Source: Mobula hypostoma (taxonomy: Eukaryota). Taken from it: a stretch of DNA of 64,000 nucleotides. The stretch spans positions 87,174,001-87,238,000 of the forward strand of contig NC_086108.1 of NCBI RefSeq assembly GCF_963921235.1, read 5' to 3'. A model generated the notes under the pieces. That model did no database searches, was not told the DNA's origin, and saw nothing but the letters and a program-made list of their open reading frames with translations. Within the stretch, counting starts at the first letter, position 1. Each line of letters opens with the position of its first letter. Below are positions 1-11,029 of the stretch, piece after piece. The position numbers and the translations under genes were made by a program.

Positions 1-2551
1 AACATTATACTCGTATAACCCGGATGGAGTGACAAATGCTGAGATTTCTCTAGCCCGGTCGGTTAAAGGAACGCACCAGTACCCTTTCAGCAAATCAATC
101 TTTGTGATGTACTTAGCTCTCCTCACTTTATCGATGCAATTGTCTACCCCTGGGATGGGATACGCATCAGTTTTTGTGATGGCGTTCACTTTTCTGTAAA
201 CTGTACAGAATCGTATGCTCCCATCGACTTTCGGGACAACCACACAGCGGGGGCACTCATTCCGATTTGAATGGCCTAATAATATCTGTGGCTAACATGT
301 GTTCAATTTCTTTCTCCACTAGCTTGCCCTTCTCCAAGTTCATCCTATAGGGGTGTTGTTTAATAGGCTGGTCTGAGGTGACAACAACATCATGCACCAT
401 CCCTTTGCATTGCCTCGGGACGTCCGGACATACGTCTGTGGGCTGATTAATTAGCTTTATCAGCGGCTCGCTCTGTTCGGGGGTTAGGTGAGGACCTTAT
501 CAGCAAAATTGGCCAAAACAATAGAGTTCTCCAATCGGGTCGGCACCATATTTATCTTTTCAAGATGGGTTTTCCCTGTATCATTTGACACCCCAGTCTC
601 ATTAATTTTCGTGATAACACCAACTAGATCTGCTTTCTGATCGTGGTAAGCTTTTAACATGTTAATGTGTACCAACTGTGTGGGTTTACGCCTGTCCGGC
701 GTTTCGATAACATAATTCAAAGGGTCTATCTTTTTAATTACCTTGTACGGACCGTGGAATCTCGCCTGGAGGGGGTTGGTTACCACTGGAAACAGAACTA
801 AGACCTGATCGCCCACTTGAAACACTTGTTCACGGGCACGCCTATCATACCATTGTTTCATTTTAGTTTGGGAGTGTCGTAGATTTTCTTTGGCAAGGTC
901 ACAGATCCTTTTAAGCCTCTCACGAAATTTTAAAACATAATCAATCACATTAACTTGGACTGCCGGACTGGACCGTTGCTCTTCCAGTAAGGTCAGGGGG
1001 TCTCTGGGCCGATGACTGAAGATGAGCTCGAATGGGCTGAACCCCAATGACTCCTAAACCGTGTCCCTCACGGCAAATAGCAAAAGGGGCAGAGCATCAT
1101 CCCAGCCCCTAGCGTTCTCTTGACAGTAAATTTTAACCATAGTCTTTAATGTTGCGTGGAATCGTTCCAACACCCCTTGGGACTCTGGGTGGTACGCAGA
1201 GGCCAAAATCTGCTTTGCTCCCATCTCATCCAACATCCGTCGGAATGTGTGAGATGTGAAGACACTCCCCTGATCTGACTGGATTTCCCTGGGCAGCCCC
1301 ACTGTAGTGAAAAATTTCACAAGTGCGTTTACCACTGCGGGAGCCTTGACGCTTGCCAGGGGCACAGCCTCCGGAAACCTGGTGGCGGCGCACATCATAG
1401 TCATCACATACACCCGCCCACTCGCAGTTCTGGGAAGGGGACCGACAAAATCCACAATTATTCAGGGAAAAGGTTCCCCGAAAGCGGGTATCGGTCGCAG
1501 GGGTGCTTTAGGCAGGACCTGGTTCGGTTTTCCTACCACCTGACATAAATGACATCGCCTACAATATTCAATAATATCCTTCCTCATGTTCGGCCAGTAA
1601 AACTCTTTCATAATTCTGTCACTGTCTTCCTCACCCTAGAATGTCCACCGAGGGGTATCTTGTGGGCCAGGTTAAAAATCTCGCCCCTATTAATTTTTGG
1701 CACTACCACCTGGTGTACCACTCCCCATTCCTCATCTGCGGGCATGGTACTTGGTCTCCATTTACTCATTAGTACTCCCTCCTTCACATAATAGCCCACT
1801 GGCTCCCTTTTTAATTCTGCTTCGGAGAGAACTGTCTCCGCCAAAACCATTAGCTCCTCGTCTCGTTCCTGTGCCTGTGTATAAATTCCTTCCTTGCTAA
1901 TGATAAATCTACCTCAACTCCCTCACTTCCTTCCGCTTCATTATGCTCCTTCTTCTCACTTTCTAACTCCTCCTGGTACAAAGCTGGTAAAAACGTCTCA
2001 GCTAAACCTATGTTCACTTCAGCAGCCTTTCTGGACATGCGCCGAGTCACTGCGCAAACAGTATAAACCTGTGAATCCATGGGCGGGTCCTCAATCCTGG
2101 GAGGCTGTCTTGTCAATCTTACTACTGGGTACACCTCTCCGCCGGCGAGGTCATTACCGAGTAAGACCTCCACGTCTTCCATTGGTAGTTCAGGCCTCAC
2201 CTCTATCGTGACCAGTCCGGAGACCAAGTCACTTTTTAGGTGTATCTGGTGCAAGGGTCCCTTTCCCAATGCCTTTTATCACACTGACCTCCCCAGTCTC
2301 GGTCTCTGAACTATTAAGTCTAAAACACTCCTTAAGATCGGTGACTGACAAGCTCCAGTGTCTCTCCAGATCCACACTGAAACTGGATTTGACCCCTCCT
2401 TCACCGACACCAATCCGGTCGAAATAAACTTCTCACGCCCTTCCTGAACTCTATCAGACCTCTTCTCCCTTAAAGGTTTGTTTGACGGCTCAATACAGCC
2501 AGTCGGAGTCGTCATTTTTCCTTTCCCGTCTCCTTCTTTGGGGCAAAGCAC
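1..2551 (-). pseudogene. pol (protease, integrase, RT N-half), multiple frameshifts and stops
   Basis: Fragmented ORFs 2279-2551, 1850-2269, 1608-1850, 1054-1455 and 484-1047 carry PR and IN motifs; RT motifs lie in 1-480. Confidence 0.9.
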
Positions 2552-2559
2552 CTAGACGC

Positions 2560-3813
2560 AAAGTGACCGGCTTTCCCACAATTATAGCATACGACCCCAG
2601 GAGACTTCCTACCAAACTGCTTTCTGTCTTCCTTATCCTTCTCACTAGTGCCTGGCTTACTTTCTGGCTTTTCCGGCGGACTCTCTCCGCCCTCTCGACT
2701 ACCCTTGTGGTAGCTTTTACTCAGGTAAACTTCGCTTTGTGTGTTAACGCATATTCATCCGCTAACTTTGCAGTTGTGGCTAAGGTTTCTGCCTCTTTCT
2801 CATCTAGATAGGGCCTCATACCTTCAGGGACACAACCTTTAAATTGCTCAATCAGTATTAGCTGTAGCAGTCTGTCAAAATCCCAATTGACTCCTTTCGA
2901 GGCGCACCAACGCTCACAATACATCTGCATCTCACGGGCAAACTCTAAATACGTGCGGCCCCACTGCTTCCTCACATTCCGGAACCTCTGCCGGTATGCC
3001 TCCGGGATCAACTTGTAAATCCTGAGTATCGCCTCTTTCACCACATCATACCTCTGGGCGTCTTCTGTAGACAATGCCGAGTAAGCTTGCTGAGCCTTCC
3101 CTTTAAGTACGCTCTGAAGCAAAACAGCCCACTTATCCCTCGGCCAGTCCTGACTTGCAGCGACTTTTTCAAAATGTAGAAAGTACCGATCAACATCGGC
3201 CTCCTCAAATGGGGGAACCAGCCTAACCTCCTGGGTCACCCTGAACCCTCCACCTTGGTTCGGCATGGGACCCTGCACTAGTGTCATCCTTAACTTCTCC
3301 AGCTCAAATTCCCTGTCCTTCTGCTTCTCTCTCTCTTCTCGTTCTAACTGCCTGTCCCTCTCTTCTCGTTCCAGCTGCTTTATTCTCTCTTCTCATTCTA
3401 ATTGCCTGTCCCTCTCTTCTCGTTCCAGCTGTTTTATTCTCTCTTCTTGTTCTAACTGCCTGTCCCTCTCTTCTCGTTCCAGCTGTTTTATTCTCTCTTC
3501 TTGTTCTAACTGCCTGTCCCTCTCTTCTCGTTCCAGCTGTTTTACTCGGAACGTGCTCGAGTCTCAATTTTTCCATCTGCAGCTGTACTGCTTCTCCACC
3601 AGGTTTGCCCATGGATACCACCTCCAGCTCCCCTTGGGGAAACACACCTTTAGATACATAATGTTCAATAATAGCTCCGTGCATCTCTGCTCTCCTCATT
3701 GTGGACTTCCCCTTAAAAAGATTCAACCATTTGGCATCAGTCACCAATTCTGATTTCCTGGCATCCTCTAATGCCTCCAAGGTTGGTGCCTTTAGAAATT
3801 CCTCAATCTCCAT
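2560..3813 (-). pseudogene. gag (SCAN-like capsid, degenerate CCHC), frameshifted
   Basis: ORF pieces 3304-3813 and 2721-3287 align closely to the Gag part of the 917-aa ORF at 13953. Confidence 0.88.
3325..3545 (-). repeat. 54-bp tandem repeat (~4 copies) within gag, encoding an E/R/Q-rich 18-aa coiled-coil unit
   Basis: TTCTAACTGCC-like motif recurs at 3342, 3396, 3450 and 3504; the gag frame reads LEREERDRQLEQEERIKQ. Confidence 0.9.
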
Positions 3814-3889
3814 TTCTGTTGTTTACCCTTTCTTTCTTTTGGGAATTTTAACCCAATCAATTTACCCAGTCCCAAATTTGGCGTTCAAA

Positions 3890-3907
3890 ATCCCAGACGA
3901 GCCCCCA
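3890..3907 (-). promoter_or_regulatory. Primer-binding site, tRNA-Pro
   Basis: TGGGGGCTCGTCTGGGAT lies 4 nt after the LTR; 17/18 match to the canonical tRNA-Pro PBS TGGGGGCTCGTCCGGGAT. Confidence 0.9.
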
Positions 3908-3911
3908 CTTA

Positions 3912-4780
3912 TGTTACGTACCCTGTAACTGGGTTGCCAAACCAGCAGAACTGGACCACTAGTTGGAGTCTGGTTTACTAGAATCTAATAAAGTTTTATT
4001 AAAGAAATAAGTAACACAGTACTCTAATCGTAACGATATAAATGCAACAGGTTAGCAATGATAAAACACACATGTACACAGAACTAGGGTAATGGGAATC
4101 AACCAAGCTCTATCGCAGTCGAGGGGTAAAATGATCAGTCTTAAGTGACGCAGAGTTCAGTTCAGCTTAGTGCAGTTGTGCCGTTGGAGAGAGAGAAAGA
4201 GAGAGGGCGGGGGGAATGCAAATTTGATTCAAGCAAACCTTTGATGTTCTTCGCAGTTTGCTTTCGGGCAGACCCTTCTATACCTTCTATCCGCTTTCAG
4301 GCGGACCCTTTTAGGTCTTCTATTTCACTGTGGTCACCGACTGTGACCCCTCCGTTCCGGAAACGACCGTTCTTCCGTGGTGAACCCGGCACCCAGGCAA
4401 GGGCGGACACACACACCAGGTTCCCACCGATCATACCTTTTCACCCTGTGAGTCTATGGTTGGTTCCTGTGAACCGGACCTCCAAGCTCCTACCTACTTG
4501 TGGGGGCACACCGCTCTTTCAGGGTCTCGTTATCTCGTGATCTTGTGGTGTCTGCCGTGCCTTAGCGAACCTGTTCTTTTTATCCCCCTGCTGGGGTATC
4601 GCCCGTCCATCAAACTTCAAACAGTTCAGGTTCAAAGCAACCGGTCTGTCAATATTCTGAATTGTGTTTCTTTTCCGTTATCTCTCTCTCCTCTCTCATT
4701 AACATTTTGAACGTTTCTCCATTGTCTTCCTTATCTCTCTCATCAGCATCAATCGTCTGATAACTTGGTTTGGCGTCACA
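3912..4780 (-). repeat. 5' LTR of the decayed Gmr1-like element (869 bp)
   Basis: Minus-strand termini TGTGACG...CGTAACA, followed by a PBS; R/U5 half homologous to the LTRs at 11452, 12997 and 16879. Confidence 0.9.
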
Positions 4781-5052
4781 CAGGAAAGCAGCATCCACCA
4801 TCAGGGACCCACAGCACACATGTCATGTTTCCTTCTCGCTGCTGCCATCAGGAAGAAGGCACAGGAACCTCAAGACTCACACCACCATGTTCAGGAAGTT
4901 ATTACCCCTCCACCATCAGGCACTTGAACCAAAGAGACTATTTTCACTTAACCTCACTTGCCCCATCACTGAACTATTCCCATAATCTATGGACTCACTT
5001 TCAAAGATTCTTCATCTCATATTCTCAATATTTATTGCTTATTTATTATTAA

Positions 5053-6444
5053 TCTATATACTACTAAAACTGTCATGCTCTGTTTGTCTGTTTGTGACCT
5101 CCAATTAGCGCAAATGGTGCATTACAGCGGCACTTTTTTTTGGCTAAATCGAATTAAAATGTGCTAACTTACAGAATGCAGGCAAAGTGCAGGGGTATAT
5201 ATTTGTTTAAAATTGCTCATTCACCAAAAATCAACAGACTGCCTTTCACCCAAGACCCGATCAGCCATCATGGAAACTGTGATGCCACAGCCCGATGCAT
5301 GCGCACGGCCAGCCTCAGCAGCTTGGAGGCTTTGGTGTTACTGCTTCCTATCTTATCAAGCATTAGGGTAAAAATATATGGATAGCTTAATTATGCTGCG
5401 TGGAAAGAGAATGGGGACATTCTCGTCAAGAGATGACGCCAAACGTCGTCGGGAAGCGGCAAGGAGAGGGAGAGAACAGCAATCGGATGAGGCCAGGGCC
5501 ACACGACTCCAGGATCAAAGAGTCAGGACAAAAAAGATGAGAGAAGACGAGACAGAGGAGGACAGCCATGCACGTCTCCAAAATGACAACGATAGGCACA
5601 GACCGAGGAGAGAAAAAGAATGATCAGGCCAGGGCCGCACGACTCCAGGATCAGGGAGAAAGAACAAATGGTAGAAGAGACGAAAGATGAAAGGGCTGCG
5701 CGTCTCCAGAATGACAAAAACAGGCAGAGAAGGAGGAGAGCGGAAGAGACAGAGGAGAAAAGGAAAGATCAAGTTTAGAATATGCGGCACAGAGTAATTA
5801 TTGCGAGAGTTGCTGAAGGCGACAATAGCCGCTTTCGACGACAATACCTCGACAGAGAAAGAGCAATGCAAAATGCACGACTCGCATGCCATCACATTTC
5901 TGCTGATGTTGGTTCGATGACCAGAGTATGCCCTCACTGTTGTGCCTTCCTATTCACTGGAGAAACTGTACATTTCTGCTGTATAAAGGGAAAGGTCAGG
6001 ACAGGCAATTTGCAGCCTCTACCTAATGAACTCCTCAATTTGTACAGCAATGATGAACCTATTGCAAATGAGTTCAGGAAGAACATCAGACAATACGACT
6101 GCCTCTTCCAAATGACATCCTTTGGTGCCAAAGAAGTCATTCCAACTAGAAATCGATGGAATCCTTCTGTGATTATTCAAGGCCAAATCCATCATTACAT
6201 CGGACATTTAATTCCAGACCCGACCCAGCAAGCCCCATTCCTTCAAATTTACTTCATTGATATTTAATGTTCATTCTAGTCACATATTTGTCTTTATTCT
6301 TTAATAAGCTGAGTTTTTCTTCTTTGATTTCCAAATCACAGAGATAGCAATAGCATTCAGGAAAATTTAATGTTCATCCTGGTCACATCAGACTGCACTA
6401 CCCTTCTCTCAAAGGGTGCCCCAACGGGTCACCCCATTGTCTAG
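5053..6444 (+). mobile_element. Non-autonomous (internally deleted) Helitron with both termini
   Basis: 5' TCTATATACTACTAAAAC follows a host A. Subterminal hairpin GGGTGCCCCAACGGGTCACCC (6414-6434), 3' CTAG followed by host T, no TSD. Confidence 0.9.
5392..6267 (+). pseudogene. Helitron RepHel N-terminal fragment (STPR-like repeats, CxxC/CC zinc motif), truncated before Rep and helicase
   Basis: CPHCCAFLFTGETVHFCCIKGKV...FRKNIRQYDCLFQMTSFGA...IQGQIHHYIGHLIP...FLQIYFID is typical of Helitron N-termini; upstream charged 23-aa repeats are frameshifted. Confidence 0.85.
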
Positions 6445-6448
6445 TATT

Positions 6449-8268
6449 ATTTTTTTTTCTCAGCTCAAGCTGGGGAATTTCTGAGGTATGAGCATAGCCA
6501 AGTACACTCATTTCTCAAATGCTAGGAACTTTCAGACTATTCTAATGGTGTTTAGTATTGTGGCTTTCTGAAGATTACATAGATATTGCTGTGTAGCCCT
6601 AATTGTTTAATACTATTGTATAGTGTTTTTGGGATGATATTAGTTGTAGAAATTACTATTGGGACAATGTATACCCTTTTCATGTTCTGAAGTCTTTCAA
6701 TCTCATCTCTTAATTCAGCATATTTCTCGTGTTTTTCCATTTACTAATCTCTGTATGTTATGTATGTGTGGATCATAATATAATCTGTGGAATTCTGACT
6801 CTAAACTGGATCAGACTTGTACAGTAAGGTATGGTTATGAGTATTTTATGAGTTTGTATTTTAAAACAAGACTTTGGTGAATTATATTTGCCACTTGATT
6901 GAGCCTGAGTAAGTAATCGGATTGAGTTAACCTCCTGCAGGATCCTGTAATGCAGTGAATTCTTTCTGGTTTCTCTTGGCATTGTCTACTTCTATCATCC
7001 TGAATTTGTTGGTCTTTTGTTATGAATTTTTGATAATTTTTTTGTTTTAACCACCTGTATTGTCACAGGGAACCCCTCTGCTTCCGGGAATGGGTCTCCA
7101 ACTCTGAGCCAGGTGTTCAACACTTCCTTGTCAACAAATAGTCTGCTCAGATTTTGGCGATGTCTTCCACTTGTTATCTTTTTCTTCTATAGTGATAACA
7201 TCTTCATTTTTTTGGGTTGTGTTCTCATTTAAGTTTACTGATGTGTACTTCTTAGCAGAATTGCTAAGTGCAATTGCTGTGTGAAGTGCTGAATTCTCTT
7301 TCCATTGATGAAAATATATCCTTAGAAGTTTTATCTGACTGTTGTGTAGATTTTGAACATCTGTTATTCCTCCTCCCCCTTCTATCTTAGGTAGTGTTAA
7401 TCTAAGCGCATTCAGGTTTACATAATGTTTTCTGAAATTTGTCATATTTGAAATTTTTCAGCTCGGTTTCGAACCATGATATTATGCAAGAGAATACATT
7501 AATATGGATATAGCGAAAGTGTTTATTGCCTTTGTTATATTTTTACTGTTAAGCTTTGTTTGGCAGATATCTTAAGCCTTGAAGTAAATTCTGTCAAAAG
7601 TTTTTCCTTTACCACCCTATGATCTATTTTCTTTCCTTGTAGATGCTTCTATGTTTCATATTCATCCATCGGTTGTATTGTGTCCTGTTGCTCTGTTTTG
7701 TATTCTATTAACTCTATTGCACCATTCTTTATCTTTAATGTTCTGCACTTATCCAGTCCAAAGTTCATTTTTATATCTTTCAAAAATAGTTCTACAATTT
7801 GAATTAATTGGCTTAGCTTAACTGATGAAGGAGCGTGTAATTTCAAATCATCCATGTACAGAAGGTGTATCAAGATATAACTCATTTAGTTGTTTCTAAT
7901 TTCATATCCAATTTTTGTCAGATTCAGTAAACTAGAGAGCGGGTTTAAAGTTAGACAGAACCATAGTCGGCTTAGACATAAAATGCCTCAGTTTATTTTG
8001 ACAACAGTGGTTGTTAATAGATAGGGTGATAATAGTATGCCAATGCTTCATCAGATGTTGAAGGAGTTTCACAAGTATTGAGTGTAGTTTATATATATTA
8101 AGATCTATTAACCATGAATGTCAGACAGAATCAAATGCTTTATGGTAGTCAATGTAGCACCATAAAACATTTCTGCTATTGCACAGGGCTTGATTTAGAG
8201 TTACAGAATCTAGTATCAGTTGTTCTTTATGTTCTTTCATAGCCTTAAGGCATCCTTTCTGCTCTTCT
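6449..8268 (-). mobile_element. R4/Dong-clade non-LTR retrotransposon (RT + REL endonuclease), 5'-truncated, decayed
   Basis: HLLYMDDLKL, MNFGLDKC, RLTLPKIEGGGG and EKHEKYAEL...VPIVIST motifs; A-rich tail at 6449-6457. Confidence 0.8.
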
Positions 8269-9229
8269 TTATTGTTATCATCATTATTATTATTGTTATT
8301 TATTTTTTCCTTCTTTTTGTATTTGCAGAGTTTGCTGTCTTTTGCATACTAGTTATCCATTCTGTTGGTGCTGTCTTTCATTGATTCTATTACGATTATC
8401 GGATTTATTGAATATCCCCGCAAGAAAATGAATCTCAGGGCTGTAAATGGTGACATATATGGACTTTGATAATACATTTACTTTGAACTTTGGTTCCTAT
8501 TGAAACCAGTTTATCAGCTGCTGTTTCAATGTGGAGAAATCAAAGAGGCAAGCATGTGCATCATATTCACTGTTGTCTCTTGTGTACAGTTTTTGCACAA
8601 TATTGTAGAGCAGACCCATTCTAATGCTCCTGCCATTCCAAATATATGCATTTGACAATAGGTCCCACAAAACTATGAGGAAGATGTGTATACCGGTCTT
8701 CTGTAAACAGCCATTTCAACACAATTTTACATCTTGAACATTTTGCACCAGACTCCATGTACTGTACATTCAGCATTACAAGTCCCTTTTACACTTACAG
8801 AGTGACAATTTATAAAACTATCTTTAGCAAGTTTGATTTGTAACCATCAGATGCATTAGACAGATATGATTTATTGCAGATTGTTTAAAAAGAAAGTTGT
8901 TGTTCAGAAATGCCCTGTTTCACTGAGGCTCTTTATACGGCTTGCTACAGCAATGCTTTCAATATTCAAATGTTAGCTTTCCATTCTCCCTGTTTGTTCC
9001 CAATAATTGCAATGACAAACCGTTTAAAAATAGATTAAGGATGGAGAAGGTGAGAAATTGTGGAGGTTAACTTTATGTTGAAGCTTCTGTATTCCTCCAA
9101 GGCAGATAAATAAACTAATTTATTGGAGAAGCCCATACTCAGCACTGAAACGATGATTAGGAAAGCAAAATACTTGGAGGATCATAAAACACTAGTCTCA
9201 ATCCAAAGCCCCTGAGAACACTAAATTAA

Positions 9230-9560
9230 ATGAGGATAGAGGAAAAGGGTGCAGCAGTGGAAATTTTGCAAAGGTTGATAGACAATGAGGTGTTCTAAGA
9301 GTTTGCAAAATAGCTAATGTGATTTTAATCTTAAAAGAAGGTCACATGCATGATCCTGTGAATTCTACAGTAAATGCGTTAAGTTTATGACTGTAGTGGG
9401 AAATTGCTGAAGTATTTTATAAAGAAACCAATTCAACAGCACTCAATGAGAGCTAAAGCTATAAAACCAACTCAGCATGGGTTTATTAAAGAAATTTCAT
9501 TTGTAACTAAACTAATAGAATTCTAGGAGCCTGTAACAGAGTTAGGAGATGACAGTCATT
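9230..9560 (+). mobile_element. Ancient CR1 RT fragment
   Basis: Degenerate IANV..I.K.G and QHGF.K..S..TKLIEF motifs. Confidence 0.55.
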
Positions 9561-10235
9561 TTAGCAAAAATGATGACCATGATGCCACTGTAGTGGAGAA
9601 GAGATAGTACTCATGGCTGACCTTGAAGAAATCTGCCTACTGGGGGAAGTACAGTGTGGATTTGAGGGTCTTCAATTCATTGCGGCATTGGGCATCTTCC
9701 ATAGGGGATGTGCAGTAACATCAATGGGGATGCAATATGTTGATCAGCTGATCAGACTGAATTCTCACAGCCCTTGAGTCAGCAAATAAAAAGGTACATT
9801 TTTTAACCCTTTGAATATTTTCCATAAAATGAAATTAATATAAATGCACACTTGCAAGAGTAAGATGTTGACATTATTAATATTTTAAGAAAAATATATT
9901 TAAAAGTATAATTTTTTTAAATGTTATTCTGAGGAAATGATAACCCAGAAACAACTATTAGCTTCTGAAGGGCTGCTGTTAGTCAGCAGTAACTAATAAA
10001 AACTTAGTTTTAACAATACTTTAAATATTTTTTCATGTGAGAATGTGGCATTAAAAAGGCGAAGTTCACATCAAATCAAAGATTCTTTGCAGCTTGTCAT
10101 TCCAAAGACTGCAATAGTGCATTCTGTGGAGAATCAGAGCTTCATTCCTCGCAATTTCTACATTTATTGCCATGTGTGCAGACACCAGAAATTGTGGTTA
10201 CATTTACAAACTAATAATAATATTCACTTACAAAA

Positions 10236-11010
10236 AAATAATGGAAGAATTCAGCAGGTGAGGGAGAATCTATGGACGGAAATGAACAGGTGATGTTTTG
10301 GATTGAGTCCCTTCATCAGGACTAGAAAGGAAGCGGACATAAATCAGGATAAAAGGGTGGGGGAAGGGGGAAAGCTCATGACCTGGCATTGTAAGGAGTT
10401 TGTATATTTTCCCCGTGACCGGTCTGCTTTCCTCCCACATTCTAAAAGGTATACAGGTTAGAAATGGGCTGAAATCATGCTATGTTGGCGCTGGAAGCCT
10501 GGTGACACTTGCAGGCTGCCCCTAGCATACCATCAGACTGCGTTAGTCATTAGTGCAAGCAACACGTTTCACTATATGTCTCAATATTTCAATGTAAATG
10601 TGACAGATAAAGTTAATCTTAAAATCTTTAGGAGTAAGGGAAAGAAAATGGGCGGTGAAGGAGACAGGTCAAAGTGTTACCGGAAGTTAGAGAAATCAAA
10701 GTTGATGCCATCAGGTGGGAAAAGGAATATGAGATGTTGTTCCTCTAATTTGCATCTAGCCTTAAGCTGGCCATGAACAGTCATGTCAGTGTGGGAATGG
10801 CAAGTGGAATTAGAATGGTTGGCTACCATCCTGGCTGTTATGGCAGACCGAGCAAAAATACTCAACAAAGTTGTCCCCAATCTGCATTGGGTCTCACCAA
10901 CGTGGAGAAGACTGCACTAGGAACACCAGGTGTAATAAATGATATCAATGGATTCACATTGGAAGTGCTGCCACATCTGGAGAAACTGTTTAGGGCCCTG
11001 AATGATGGGA
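10236..11010 (-). mobile_element. Penelope-like element fragment (GIY-YIG C-terminus + pLTR), decayed, interrupted by a SINE
   Basis: HSNSTCHSHTDMTVHG...LEEQHLIF...PDGINFDFSNFR; degenerate hammerhead region at ~10286-10324. Confidence 0.75.
10376..10628 (+). mobile_element. V-SINE-like tRNA-derived SINE fragment
   Basis: GTAAGGAGTTTGTA...TTCCTCCCACATTC...GTTGGCGCTGGAAGC body shared with the copy at 62358. Confidence 0.65.
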
Positions 11011-11029
11011 GATGCCACAGGGGCAGGTA

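Larger units (their letters stand above)
1..4780 (-). mobile_element. Gmr1-like Ty3/Gypsy LTR retrotransposon (gag-PR-IN-RT order), decayed, 3' part beyond window start
   Basis: Minus strand reads LTR, PBS, Gag, protease (WRDTGA), integrase (DFVGPLP...IQSDQGS...YHPESQGVLERFH, GPY), then RT (KYITKIDLLKGYW...SAFVTPSGLYEYNV at the window edge). Integrase upstream of RT is the Gmr1 arrangement. Confidence 0.93.
4781..8492 (+). mobile_element. Rex1/Babar-type LINE 3' end, split by Helitron and R4-like insertions
   Basis: RKAASTIRDP..FSLLPSGRR..LKTHTT C-terminus at 4781-4930. The 3' UTR is interrupted at 5052 and resumes near 8270, ending TTTACTTTGAACTTT. Confidence 0.75.

Noticed and set aside
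3265..3753. Ser/Leu/Cys-rich repetitive plus-strand ORFs
   Set aside because: They are antisense shadows of the gag tandem repeat.
4255..4320. Hammerhead-like GAAGGGTCTGCCCGAAAG motifs in the LTR (minus strand)
   Set aside because: There is no CUGANGA box or stem I; this is a short LTR-internal duplication.
8500..8830. Possible coding exon in unique sequence
   Set aside because: The frames checked contain stops and give no recognisable peptide.
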